A program made the position numbers and the translations under genes. Below, piece by piece: positions 1 to 19,039 of a DNA stretch of 64,000 nucleotides. Location of the stretch: NCBI RefSeq assembly GCF_009914755.1, contig NC_060943.1, one strand, 5' to 3'. Position 1 is the first letter of the stretch. Each line of letters begins with the position of its first letter. This DNA is from the human T2T-CHM13v2.0 reference genome, Homo sapiens. The notes under the pieces are model-generated. The model saw only the letters and a list, made by a program, of their open reading frames with translations. It was not told where the DNA came from and did no database searches.

Positions 1-63
1 GCTCTTTAGGAGGCCAAGGCAGGCAGATCATTTGAGGTCAGGAGTTTGAGACCAGCCTGGTCA

Positions 64-255
<192 letters not shown>

Positions 256-451
256 TCAAAGAAACAAACAAAAAAACTTAGCCAGGTGTATTAGTGGAGG
301 CCTGTAGTCCTGGCTACTCAGGAAGCTGAGGTGGGAGGATCACCTGAGCCCAGGAAGTCAAGGCTGCAGTGAGCCATGATTATGCCATGGCACTCTAGCC
401 TGGGTGACACAGCAAGACTATCTCAAAAAAAACAAAACAAAACAAAAAAAA

Positions 452-1450
<999 letters not shown>

Positions 1451-1479
1451 AAATTTTTCTGGATTGTAAAATAGGGAGT

Positions 1480-2170
1480 GGGAGATTCTGGGGCCACCAT
1501 GTCTGTGGGTAAAGATATTCCCTTGTCTGGATCATGTAAAGACATCCCTCCAAGATGTCACTCCAAGTTACTGCACCTAATACCACCTACCATTAACAAG
1601 GAGCAATGAGCCATGATTATGCCATTGCTCTCCAGCCTGGGTGATCCAGCAAGACTTTGTCTCAAAAAAAGAAAAAAAACCCAGCATGGAGGTTTCTCAA
1701 AAACTACCATCCATAGACCTCTTGAATTTTGGAGGCAACACATACATTTGCATGTACTTTAACGCCCCACACAGTTACCTGTAAGGATTCTAGTTTCAAC
1801 TGTAGACAAGAGCAATTTCAGGCTGCAATGCAAGCTTCCTAAGCACTTGGTCCACCTGATCCAGCAGACCCAGTGATACTCAACGTGTCCATGTTAAATG
1901 GCATGTTATTTATTGGAAGCCTCCGGCATGCACCAACAGAAGATGTAGAGTACAGCCCTCTGGTATTGCAGAGTCAATCCATGCCCTCTTGTGCAGATTA
2001 ACTGTTTTTCTCTTGAGAAACAGGTTGTGGTTTGCCACTAGCACATGACAGAGAATGAACAACTAGTCATGGGACATGAAGTAACTAAGGCTGAACTGAG
2101 TAATTTGAGACTTTCTGGTCCCCAAAGCATGAAGTACATACTGTCACCCATTATCAAACAACTGTTGTCA
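1480..2170 (+). mobile_element. Ancient ERVL-int pol fragment
   Basis: Resembles ERVL pol (CAGGCTGC...GATCCAGCAGACCCA...CCATGCCCTCTT); related fragment at ~61650-61875. Confidence 0.6.
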
Positions 2171-3101
2171 GCCTCTCCTCTGGACCCAATTCCAAGTTTG
2201 TAGGAAATCGCATGAAATAAAGGAATATTTACACACACCATGAGAATCCAATCAGAAATATCTGATTGTATGACTTTCTAAGAGAATGAGTGTGACTCTC
2301 TGAAAGTCAATATAATGGACAGTAATAACTGTTATAGGCAAAAAGACACTGAAGACACTGACAATTGCAATGCAAAAATCTTGAATGGATCTTAGATCCA
2401 AAAACACCCAAGAGCATACGTTGAATCAATGAGGAGAATTTTAGTTATTACGGAAAGTAGACATTAGATGACATTATTATTTTTAATTTAAGTGAAATAC
2501 TAGTATTGTGGTTTTAGTATGACAATGCCTATTTTTAGGAGGTGCATTACAAAGTATTTAAAGGTCAAGCATCACATGTACAATTTATGCTCAATTTACA
2601 CTCAAATTGTTCACTGTAAGATTTACATGAGGAGAAAGAAATAAAATGCTAAAAAATTAAGTAAATCTACTAGACTGGGTGTGTTAGATGTTCAAGTTTT
2701 CCTTAGGATCAAATTTTTCAGAAAAAAATGTAAAAACTACACTTAGTCCAAACATGCTCTTAATAAATTATACAGATACTAGATATTTTATTACACTGAT
2801 ACTAGAATACTATTCTGATTATAATAGTAAATAATTCTAGTGTCAGTGTAATAAAGCCTCCATTCTTTCTTCCTGGTTCCTGGAGGCCTCTGTTTTGAAG
2901 CACTGTGGGGAAGTACAGACCTAAGAACTTCAGATGAAGAGAATAGTTGAGTATTATTGCCTTTCTTTTTTTTTTTTTTTTTTTTTTAGACAGTTTCGCT
3001 CTTGTCACCCAGGCTGGAGGGCAGTGGCGGGATCTCGGCTCAATGCAACCTCCGCCTCCCGGGTTAAAGTGATTCTCTTGCCTCAGCCTCCGGAGTAGCT
3101 G

Positions 3102-3615
3102 TGTAAGATACAATATATTTCTCTGAATTTCTCTTCAAAAGTTCAGCCTGTAAACTTCCTTGTTCTTTGTTCTCAAACTCAACTTTCCTGTTCTCCATGC
3201 CTCCTTGCCTCTAGTTACTGTAAACAACCTTCCCATCAGCTCTAATCAATAACTCACATCTGTTCCCTTGGCTACTCATTCTGCAGCTATTCCACTCTTT
3301 GAAACTGCACATCCCACCATCATGACTCACACATCCCCCTACCCTTCCTTATTTGGGGAAAATATTCACAGATAGCCAATAGGGTCAGTTTAGATTCTGC
3401 GGTCTGACCCTAACCCACGGGGGAGAGACACAGAAGTAGGGACCCAGCGTTAGAAATAAAAACCCCTTCCCCTCCCTTATCTGGTGTACTCTCGCCATCA
3501 CTCCATCCACGAGACTCACCCTTCTATAGAAATAAATTGCGTTGCTGAGAAAACTTTTGCCTGAGTGCTGGTTTCACTTTGCAGCACCCAGCGTTTTATT
3601 TTTTTATCTCCAACA
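3102..3615 (+). mobile_element. LTR10-family (HERV-I) solo LTR inside an Alu
   Basis: TG...CA ends, 4-bp TSD GCTG, CCAAT, AATAAA; U3/R/U5 resemble the LTRs at 39432 and 51994. Confidence 0.75.
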
Positions 3616-4110
3616 GCTGGGATTACAGGGGCCCACCACCAAGCCCGGCTAATTTTTGTATTTTTAGTAGAGACAGGGTTTTACCATGTTGGCTAGGCTA
3701 GTCTGGATCTCCTGACCTCAGGTGATCCGCCTGCCTCTGCCTCCCAAAGTGCTGTGATTACAGGTGTGAGCCAGTGCATCTGGCCTGGCTTTAAGTAGAA
3801 AGGCTTGCAGCTGGTAACAATTAGAAAAAAAATAACCTGCAAGAAAATAAAAATTAAAAACTAAAGGCTTAGTCTACACGCGTTCATATTTACATACAAA
3901 AACGGGCACACCCTAAACAACTATGTTTTTTCCATCTGAATGTAATGTGTCAAAAATAAGTGGCGGGTGGATCACTTGAGGTCAGGAGTTCGAGACCAGC
4001 CTGGCCAACATGGTGAAACCCCATCTCTACCAAAAATATAAAAAATTAGCCAGGTGTGGTGGTGCACGCCTGGAATCCCAGCTACTCGGGAGGCTGAGGC
4101 AGGTGAATCA

Positions 4111-4614
4111 TGTTATAAAGTTTTCATGCCACAAAAAAAAAGCACTCAAATATAACATTTTCTTTTCTCAGCAAGGCAATTTACTTCTACAGAAGGGTGT
4201 GCCCTCACAGATGGAGCAATGGTGAGCACACACCAGGACAAGGGAGGGGAAGGGGTTCTTATTCTTGAGGAAAGTGGCCCCTGCCGCTTTGTCCTTCCCC
4301 GATGGCTAGGGTTAGACCCCACAGGCTAAACTAATTCCAATTGGCTAATTTAAAGAGAGTGACAGGGTGAGTGGTTTGTTGGGGAAAATGGTTATAACAG
4401 AGCAGGAAATTGGAATGAGTCAGGGTGGAAAATGAGTCAGGGTGGAGTAAGTAATCGAAATAAGTCTGGGTGGAGCAGGTAATCAGAATGAGTCAGGGTG
4501 GAGCAGGTGATCGAAAAAGGTTGCTTTACGGAGAAGTTTAAAAGTAGAAGGCAAAGAATTAAACATACTGACATATTGATTTTTTAAAAAGAAATTTAAA
4601 ACTCATATCTAACA
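4111..4614 (-). mobile_element. LTR10A/F-type solo LTR with AP-1 repeat, inside an Alu
   Basis: Reverse strand begins TGTTAGATATGAGTT; TSD ATCA; TGAGTCA at 4416, 4433 and 4489 within tandem units. Confidence 0.8.
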
Positions 4615-4819
4615 ATCACTTGAACCCGGGAGGTGAAAGTTGCAGTGAGCCAACATCGTGCCACTGCACTCCAGCGTGGGCGACAGAGTAAGACTCCAAA
4701 TCAAAAAAAAAAAAAAAGTAAAGGACATCAAGACAACGCCAGATTCTCAGATGAGACATTTTTTAGCAAATAAATGGAAGTCACAGCCCTCTTGAAACCA
4801 TTTTTCCGCCGTTGCTCAC

Positions 4820-5620
4820 CAGGAACATGCCGGAAGAGATAGGTTCCAGACGCGGGAGAATGCGGGGCCAGAGCCAACCTCACCAGAAGGGCAGAAATCC
4901 TTTTCCTTTCGGAAAGAAAAAAACTCCCAAAGGTTGCTTTCCAAGCTTTTCAAGAGAGGAGCACAGCGGATGAAAGTACTCAAGAAAACACCCGGCGGAG
5001 GCGGAACAAACACACTTCCCGACGCAGCCAGACGGACTGTGCGGCCTCTCGGAACTGGCCAGAGGCCGCACCAGGAGGACTGACAGCCCCTAGAAAAGCG
5101 AGTGAAACTAGGCGGATCTGAGAGGCTCCTGGGCGACCACGCCCAATCCTTCCTTTGCCGCCCCGCTGGTATGTCCCGGACCCCCAAGCAGGTAGAACTC
5201 ACCACAGCGGGGTGGACTCCACCACAATAAAGGTTAAACGGCACTGACCATGCTGAGCCACAGCCGGTAAAGATGGCGGTGGCACACTGACGTCACTTCC
5301 GCTCCGAGCCTCCGGCCGGGTGGGGCTCCAGGGCTTGAGTTTCAGGCACGTAGGACAAAGAAATTCTAGTTTCCTCCTGGGTGGGTGCCGGACAGTGCCT
5401 GGGGTTGGCTCAGGGAGCGGGATGCAGAAACGGGTTCAGAGAAAAAGATGAGTTTAGAACCGGACCTCTGGACGGAACCGTGGGCGAGGGGTGGGGCCCA
5501 TATTTGGGGGCGGTTTAGAGGTGGGACCCGGCCTAGCCCGCGTTTCAGGTGCCCAGACGGGTTGGAAAGGCGGGGATGGGGGATGGGACGCACCCCAGAG
5601 GATGCTCCTCCAAAGCTTAT
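4820..5620 (-). promoter_or_regulatory. ZNF562: CpG-rich promoter and non-coding first exon of a ZNF561/562-family KRAB-ZNF gene (probably ZNF562); gene body continues off the left edge
   Basis: Perfect CRE TGACGTCA (5288-5295) overlapping ETS ACTTCCG (5295-5301), YY1 AAGATGGCGG (5270-5279), GC boxes ~5488-5515, minus-strand donors ATG|GTCAGT (~5248) and CTG|GTGAGC (~4819). Paralogous to the promoter at ~30.2-31.6 kb. Symbol inferred from recalled gene order. Confidence 0.6.
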
Positions 5621-6028
5621 CCTGGGCGGGCTCAGTGGCTCACGCCTGTAATTCCAGCACTTTGGGAGGCTAAGGCAGGTGGATAGCTTGAGTCCAAGAG
5701 TTCCAGACCAGCCTGAGTGAAATAGCAAGACCGTGTGTCTTTTTTTTTCTTTTCTTTTTTTTTTTTTTTTTTTTTTTGAGACAGAGTTTCACTCTTGTTG
5801 CCCAGGCCTGTGCCCGGCTCGACCCTGTCTCTATTAAAATATATATATAAGGCCAAGCGCCAGTGGTTCACGCCTGTAATCCCTGCACTTTGGGAAGCCA
5901 AGGCGGGCGGATCACCTGAGGTCGGGAGTTTGACACCAGCCTGGCCAACATGCTGAAACCCCGTCTCTACTAAAAATACAAAAAAATAGCTGGGTGTGGT
6001 GGCAGGCGCTTGTAATCCCAGCTACTCA

Positions 6029-6133
<105 letters not shown>

Positions 6134-6146
6134 TCAAAAAGAAAAA

Positions 6147-6200
<54 letters not shown>
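6147..6200. repeat. (AT)n(GT)n microsatellite
   Basis: Direct reading. Confidence 0.97.
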
Positions 6201-6201
<1 letters not shown>

Positions 6202-6694
6202 AAGCTTTTTTGTATGCCGCTCCTCATGTTCCTGGAGCCTTTCCATGATTCTTCCATATTAAACCTGCCAGTGATAGATGGCATGGTCTGTCTCTTCCAT
6301 TCAGTCATTCTTTCTGTAGGCCTTTATTTTTTCTTTTTCTTTTTCTTTTTTTTTTTTTTTTGAGACGGAGTCTCTCTCTGTCCCCCAGGCTGGAGTGCAG
6401 TGGTGCAATCTCGGCTCACTGCAAGCTCCGCCTCCTGGGTTCACACCATTCTCCTGCCTAGCCTCCTAAGTAGCTGGGACTACAGGCGCCCGCGACCACA
6501 ACCAGCTAATTTTTTTGTATTCTTAGTAGAGACGGGGTTTCACGGTGTTAGCCAAGATGATCCCCATCTCCTGACCTCATGATCCACCCGCCTCGGCCTC
6601 CCAAAGTGCTGGGATTACAGGCGTGAGCCACCGCGCCCAGCCTATTTTTTCATTCTTTATTTTATAGAACCTGCTGTTTCCATTGCGTTTTCTT

Positions 6695-6725
<31 letters not shown>

Positions 6726-6727
6726 GA

Positions 6728-6832
<105 letters not shown>

Positions 6833-6985
6833 TGAGTAGCTGGGATTACAGGTGGCTGCCACTATGCCCAGCTATTTTTTCTATTTTCAGTACAGAGGGC
6901 ATTTCACCATGTTGGCCAGGCTGGTCTCAAACTCCTGACCTCGTGATTTGCCCATCTCAGCCTTGCAGAATGCTGGGATTATAGG

Positions 6986-7949
6986 TGAAGGGGGCCAGCC
7001 CCTCCACACCTGTGGGTATTTCTCATCAGGTGGGATGAGAGACTGAGAAAAGAAATAAGACACAGAGACAAAGTATAGAGAAAGAACAGTGGGCCCAGGG
7101 GACCGGCGCTCAGCGTCCAGAGGACCCACACTGGCACCAGTCTCTGAGTTCCTTCAGTATTTATTGATTACTATTTTCACTATCTCAGCAAGGGGAATGC
7201 AGCAGGAGAACAGGGTGATAGTGGGGAGAAGGTCAGCAAGAAAACATATGAGCAAAGAATCTGTGTCACAGATAAGTTCAAGGGAAGGTACTATGCCTGG
7301 ATGTGCACGTAGGCCAGATTTATGCTTCTCTCCACCCAAACATCTCAGTGTAGTAAAGAATAGCAGAGCAGCATTGCCACCAGCATGTCTCACCTCCAGC
7401 CACAGGGCAGTGTTCTCCTGTCTCAGAAGAGAACAATGTACATTCGGGATTTATACCAAGACATTCCGTTCCCAGGGGCATTCAGGAGACAGAGGCCTTC
7501 CTCTTTTACTAATGCTCCTCAGCACAGACCCTTCATGGGTGTCAGGCTGGGGGACGGTCAGGTCTTTCCCATCCCATGAGGCCATATCTCAGGCTGTCTC
7601 AGTGGGGAGAAACTTTGGACAATACCCAGCTTTCCTGGGCAGAGGTCCCTGCTGCTTTCTGCAGTGCATCGTGCCCCTGGTTAATTGAGAATGGAGAATG
7701 GTGATGACTTTCATCCAGCATACTGCCTGTAAACATATTGTTAAGAAGGCACATCCTGCACAGCCCTAGATCCCTTAAACCTTGATTCCATACAACACGT
7801 TTTGTGAGCACAAGGTTGGGGCTAAAGTTACAGATTAACAGCGTCTCAAGGCAAAACAATTGTTTAGGGTACAGATCAAAATGGAGTTTCTTATGTCTTC
7901 CTTTTCTACATAGACAAAGTAACAGTCTGATCTCTTTCTTTTCCCTACA
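6986..7949 (-). mobile_element. HERV-K(HML-2) LTR5A-type solo LTR inside an Alu
   Basis: Reverse strand TGTAGGGAAAAGAAAGAGATCAGACTGTTAC...GGCCCCCTTCA; TSD ATAGG. Confidence 0.88.
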
Positions 7950-8777
7950 ATAGGCATGAGCAACCACGCACAGCCACATTTTCAATATAATAATACTTTC
8001 TATAAATCTTGATTTTTTTTTTCTTCACCAAGTATGTATTTCTGGCTGGGCACGTTGCCTCATGCCTGTAATCTCAGCACACTTTGAGAGGCCAATATGG
8101 GAGGATCGTTTGAGGCCAGGAGTTGGAGACAAGCCTGGGCAACACAGCAAGACCCTGTCTCCTTAAAAAACAATAAAATTTTTAAAAAATTCCTTTTTTC
8201 TTTTATTTTTTGCGATGGAGTCTCGCTCTGTTGCCCAGGCTGGAGTGCATTGGCACAATCTTGGCTCACTGCAACCTCTGCTCCCTGGTTCAAGCGATTC
8301 TTCTGTCTCAGCCTCCCAAGTACCTGGGACTACAGGCCTGCGCCACCATGTCCAGCTAATTTTTGTATTTTTAGTAGAGACGTTTCACCATATTGGCTTG
8401 GCTGGTCTTGAACTCCTGACCTCATGATCCACCCACTTTGGCCTTCCAACGTGCTGGGATTACAGGTGTGAGCCACTAAGCCTGACCAAAAATATGTATT
8501 TCTATTGTTATTTTTCTGATCTTACCACATGGGCCAGGACCGCATTTCCTATGTTGTAAAATAGCAGTAATACCAGACATTCTCCCCAAGTTTATTCAGA
8601 AATGTAACATAATCCCAATAAAAACACCAAAATTTTTTCTGGAGTTAGGTACATTGATGCTAAAAGTTTATATGGAAAAAGAAAATCTGATAATAAGCAA
8701 GAAAACAAAAACAAGGCCGGGCACTGTGGCTCATGCCTGTTATCCCAGCACTTTGGGAGGCTGAGACAGGCAGATCA

Positions 8778-9050
<273 letters not shown>

Positions 9051-9180
9051 CTATTGACAATTTTCACGCAAGACAAAGAATTATTTTAAAATAAAAATAA
9101 GAAAACATTCTATAAAGCCTCTATAATTAAAACTATGTGGTACTAGTGCATGAAGCAGAAACAGACTAATAAAATATCTA

Positions 9181-9453
<273 letters not shown>

Positions 9454-9509
9454 CTAACCAACATGGAGAAACCCCCATCTCTACTAAAAATACAAAAATA
9501 GCTGGGTGT

Positions 9510-11296
<1,787 letters not shown>

Positions 11297-11822
11297 TCAG
11301 ATCGATAGGGAAAAAATGCCATTTGTAATGGAAAGTCTAAGACAGTTGGTTAGCTATCAGAGAAAAGATGAAATTAAATCTATACTTCATATCATATACA
11401 ATATACTCCAAATGGACTAGTAATCTAAGTGTGAAAAATAAAACCATACACGCATGTAAGGTGTTCAAGTGATTTCTTGGCTGAGTAAGGAAAAAGATGT
11501 AACTACAAGGCGGCAATAGCATACAAGCTTCATTTGGGATGTGCTTTCACAGGTTAGCAGTTGCGGAGGTAGGAAACAGCAAGAGAGTATCCACAGGCTT
11601 CTACCTGTGGGTCACTTCTCAGAAAGCGTGGAAAGGAAGAGAGACTCCCAGAGGAGAAAGGGAATCAAAGAGGGGGCTTATAAATAACTAAATGATGATA
11701 CTCACCAAACTGACAGCATATCTTCCAGTTAAAAAGCTCTGAAGGGCCGGGCAAGAAGGCTCATGCCTATAATCCCAGCACTTTGGGAGGCCAGTGGGGC
11801 GGATCACGAGGACAGGTGTTCA

Positions 11823-12094
<272 letters not shown>

Positions 12095-13110
12095 TTATCT
12101 ATGGCTATCAGATATTGCACATAATTTCAGAGAATACAAAGAAGGCACACTCGAGATGGCTAAAAATAGGCTTGTTCATGCTATGTTTCAAACAATCAAG
12201 TGTGTTAAAATTGCAGTTTGGCAGGGATTGGCTATTGTGAATACTAGTGAGATAAACATTGGTGTACAAATATTTCTTTGAGCACCTGCTCTCAACACTT
12301 TTGGATATATATGCCAAAGTGGAATGTCTGGATCATATGGTAATTCTGTTTAATCTTGTTTGTTTGTTTGAGATAGGGTCTCACTCTGTTGTCTAGGCTG
12401 GAATGCAGTGACATGATCATGGATTACTGCAGTCCTCAACCTACTGAGCTCAGGTAATCATCCCACCTTAGCCTCTCGAGTAGCAGGGATTACAAGTGCA
12501 TGCCACCACCATGCCTGGCTGAATTAAAAAATCTTTTTTGTAAAAATGAAATCTCACAATATGCCCAGGCTGGTCTTGAACTCTTAGTCTCAAGAAATCC
12601 CTCACCCTGAGCCTCCCAAAGTGCTGGGATTACAGGTGTGAGCCATCACATCCAGCATGGTTTTGATTTTCATTTTCATGATGTTTAGTGATGTTAAGCA
12701 TCTTTTCATGAGCATCTTTTCCTGTGTTTATTGGCCATCTGTGTATCTTCTTTGGTGATATTATTCAAGTCCTTTTTCTGTATTTGAATTGGGTTTTGTT
12801 GTTGTTACTCTCGGGTTCTAGAAATTTTAAAAATAAACTCCAGATATTTGTCCCCAGTCGGATACAGGACTTGAAAATATTTTCTCCCATTTGTAGATTG
12901 TCTTTTCATTCTCTTGTTATTATGCTTTGATGCAAAAAATTTGTATTATTGATTAGGTTCAACTCATAATTTTTCTTGTGTTGCCTGTGTGGTTGATGAC
13001 ATAACTAAGAAGTCATTTCCAATTCCAATATCATGAAGCTTTCTCACCTATGTTTTCTTCTAATAGGTTTTCAGCTCTAGCTCTTACACTACACTTAGGT
13101 TTTTGATCCA

Positions 13111-14539
<1,429 letters not shown>

Positions 14540-14783
14540 TGATTCCCCTGCCTCAGTCTCTCAAAGTGCTGGGATTACAGGTGTGAACCACCGTGCCTGG
14601 CCTTGATCCATTTTAAGTTCATTTTATATATGGTATAAGGTTAGGGTCTAACTCCCTTCTTATGCATGTCTATATCCAGTTTTTCTGCTAACACTTCTCC
14701 CCCACCTCCCACCACAAGCTTTATTGATACCTCATTGACAAAGAAAAACTGTATATACTTAAAGTGTGCAATGTGATGTTTAG

Positions 14784-15143
<360 letters not shown>

Positions 15144-15953
15144 TGATCTCTTGACCTCTTGATCCCCCCACCTCTGCTTCCCAAAGTGCTGGGATTACAG
15201 GCGTGAGCCACCACACCCAGCTGGACAATACAGTATTGTTAACTAAAATCTCCATGCTGTACATTAAATTCCTGAATTTCTTCATCTTGTAATTGAAAGT
15301 TTATACCCTTTGACTAATGTCTCTCCAGTCTCTCCCCATTCTCCCAGTCCCTGGCAACCAAAATTCTCCACTTTTTTTTTTCTTCAGATGGAGTATCACT
15401 CTGTGCCCAGGCTGGAGTGCAGTGGCAGGATCTTGGCTCACTGCAGCCTCCGCCTCCTGGCTTCAAAGGATTCTTGTGCCTCAGCCTCCTGAGTACCTGG
15501 GATTACAGGCGCCCACCACCACGCCCGGCTAATTTTTGTATTTTTAGAAGAGATGGAGCTTTACCATGTTGGCCAGGCTGGTCTCGAACTCCTGACCTCG
15601 TGATCCACCTACCTCAGCCTCCCAAAGTGCTGGGATTACAGGCGTGAGCCACCGCGCCCAGCCAGCATTCTCCTCTTTGCTTCTGTGAGTCAAGGACTAT
15701 GTGGCTATGTTACAGCCCACATATATGTGAGATTATACAAGATTTCCTTCTCTTTTTAAGGCTAAATAATATTCACGTATATAATCACATTTTCTTCATT
15801 TCTAAATGTCCAGGAACATTTAGGTTGTTTCCATACTTGTCTATTATGAAGAAGGCTGCAATGAACGTGGGAATGCAGATATCTCTTCAAGATATTCACG
15901 TCATTTCCTATGGAAATATACACAGTAGTGGGATTCCTGGATCATGATGGTAT

Positions 15954-16820
15954 TGTTAATGGAAAGGCGTCTGGATCCAGACCCCAAGAGAGGGTTCTTG
16001 GATCTTACACAAGAAAGAATTTGGGGAGTTCATAAAGTGAAAGCAAGTTTATTAGAGAAGTAAAGAAACAAAAGAATGGCTACTCCATAGGCAGAGCAGT
16101 GGTATGCACTGCTCTATTGAGTATACTTATGGTTATTTATTGATTATATGCTAAATAAGGGGTGGGTTGTCAATAAGTTTTTCAGGAAAGGGGCAGAGAT
16201 TTTCTGGAACCTAGCATCCCTCTTTTTTTTTTTTTTTTGAGACGGAGTCTCGCTCTGTCGCCCAGGCTGGAGTGCAGTGGCGCGATCTCTGCTCACTGCA
16301 AGCTCCGCCTCCTGGATTCACGCCATTCTCCTGCCTCAGCCTCGTGAGTAGCTGGAACTACAGGTGCCGGCCACCACACCCAGCTAATTTTTTGTATTTT
16401 TAGTGGAGACGGGGTTTCACCGTGTTAGCCTGGATGGTCTCGATCTCCTGACCTTGTGATCCATCTGCCTTGGCCTCCCACAGTGCTGGGATTACAGGCG
16501 TGAGTCACCGCGCCCGGCCTACATCCCTCCCTTTTTAGACTATATAGGTAAACTTCCAAACATGGCCATGACATTTGTAAAAAGTCATGGAGCTGGCGGA
16601 AGTGACTTTTTAGCATGCTACTGCATTATAATTAACCTATAATGAGCAGTGAGGATGACCAGAGGTCACTTTTGTCACCATCTTGGATTTGGTGGGATTT
16701 GGCTGGGTTCTTTACCGCATCTTGTTTTATCAGCAAGCTCTTTATGACCTGTATCTTATGCCGACCTCCTATCTCTTCCTGCGACTAAGAATGCCTAACC
16801 TCCTGGAAATGCAGCCCAGC
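15954..16820 (-). mobile_element. MER4-group ERV1 LTR fragment with a nested AluY-like element (16222-16519)
   Basis: GATCCAGACCCCAAGAGAGGGTTCTTGGATCT...GCAAGTTTATTAG terminus; subfamily not resolved. Confidence 0.65.
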
Positions 16821-17004
16821 AAGAAAAAAAGAAAAAAGACTGCCTTTTCTCCATTGAAGGTTCTTGGCACCATGGTCAAAAGCCATTTGATTATATCTGT
16901 GAAGGTTTATTTCTGGTCTCTTTATGCTATAACAATGGTCTCCATGTCTAGTTATGCCTATACCACATTGTTTTGATTACTATAGCTTTGTAGTACCATT
17001 TTTT

Positions 17005-18734
<1,730 letters not shown>

Positions 18735-19039
18735 ACAATGCTACTTTTAAGAATTTTTTTTTATACTAAGTCCAGGATTCAGTCTAAACTTCTAAGAATT
18801 TGCCTTAAAGGTAAACCTTTAACAATTCAAATAAGTTCAACAGTATTAATTGCAGCACTGTTTGTAATTTCAATTTGAATGCCTAAATGCTCTCAAGTAT
18901 TAGAGTATCTGAATATATGGTACATCAACCAGTGGAGTATCCTGCAGCTCTAGAAATGAATGAAGATCTCTATGAACTCACATTAAGTGATTTCCAAGAT
19001 ACATGGTTAACTAAAAACACAAACTCCATCTCAAAAAAT

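Noticed and set aside
4816-5244. 142-aa ORF and its 148-aa counterpart at 30165-30611
   Set aside because: GC-rich first-intron sequence; the peptides match only in part, and indels change frame between paralogs.
7089-7688. 199-aa ORF
   Set aside because: Antisense of an LTR5A with no recognisable domain.
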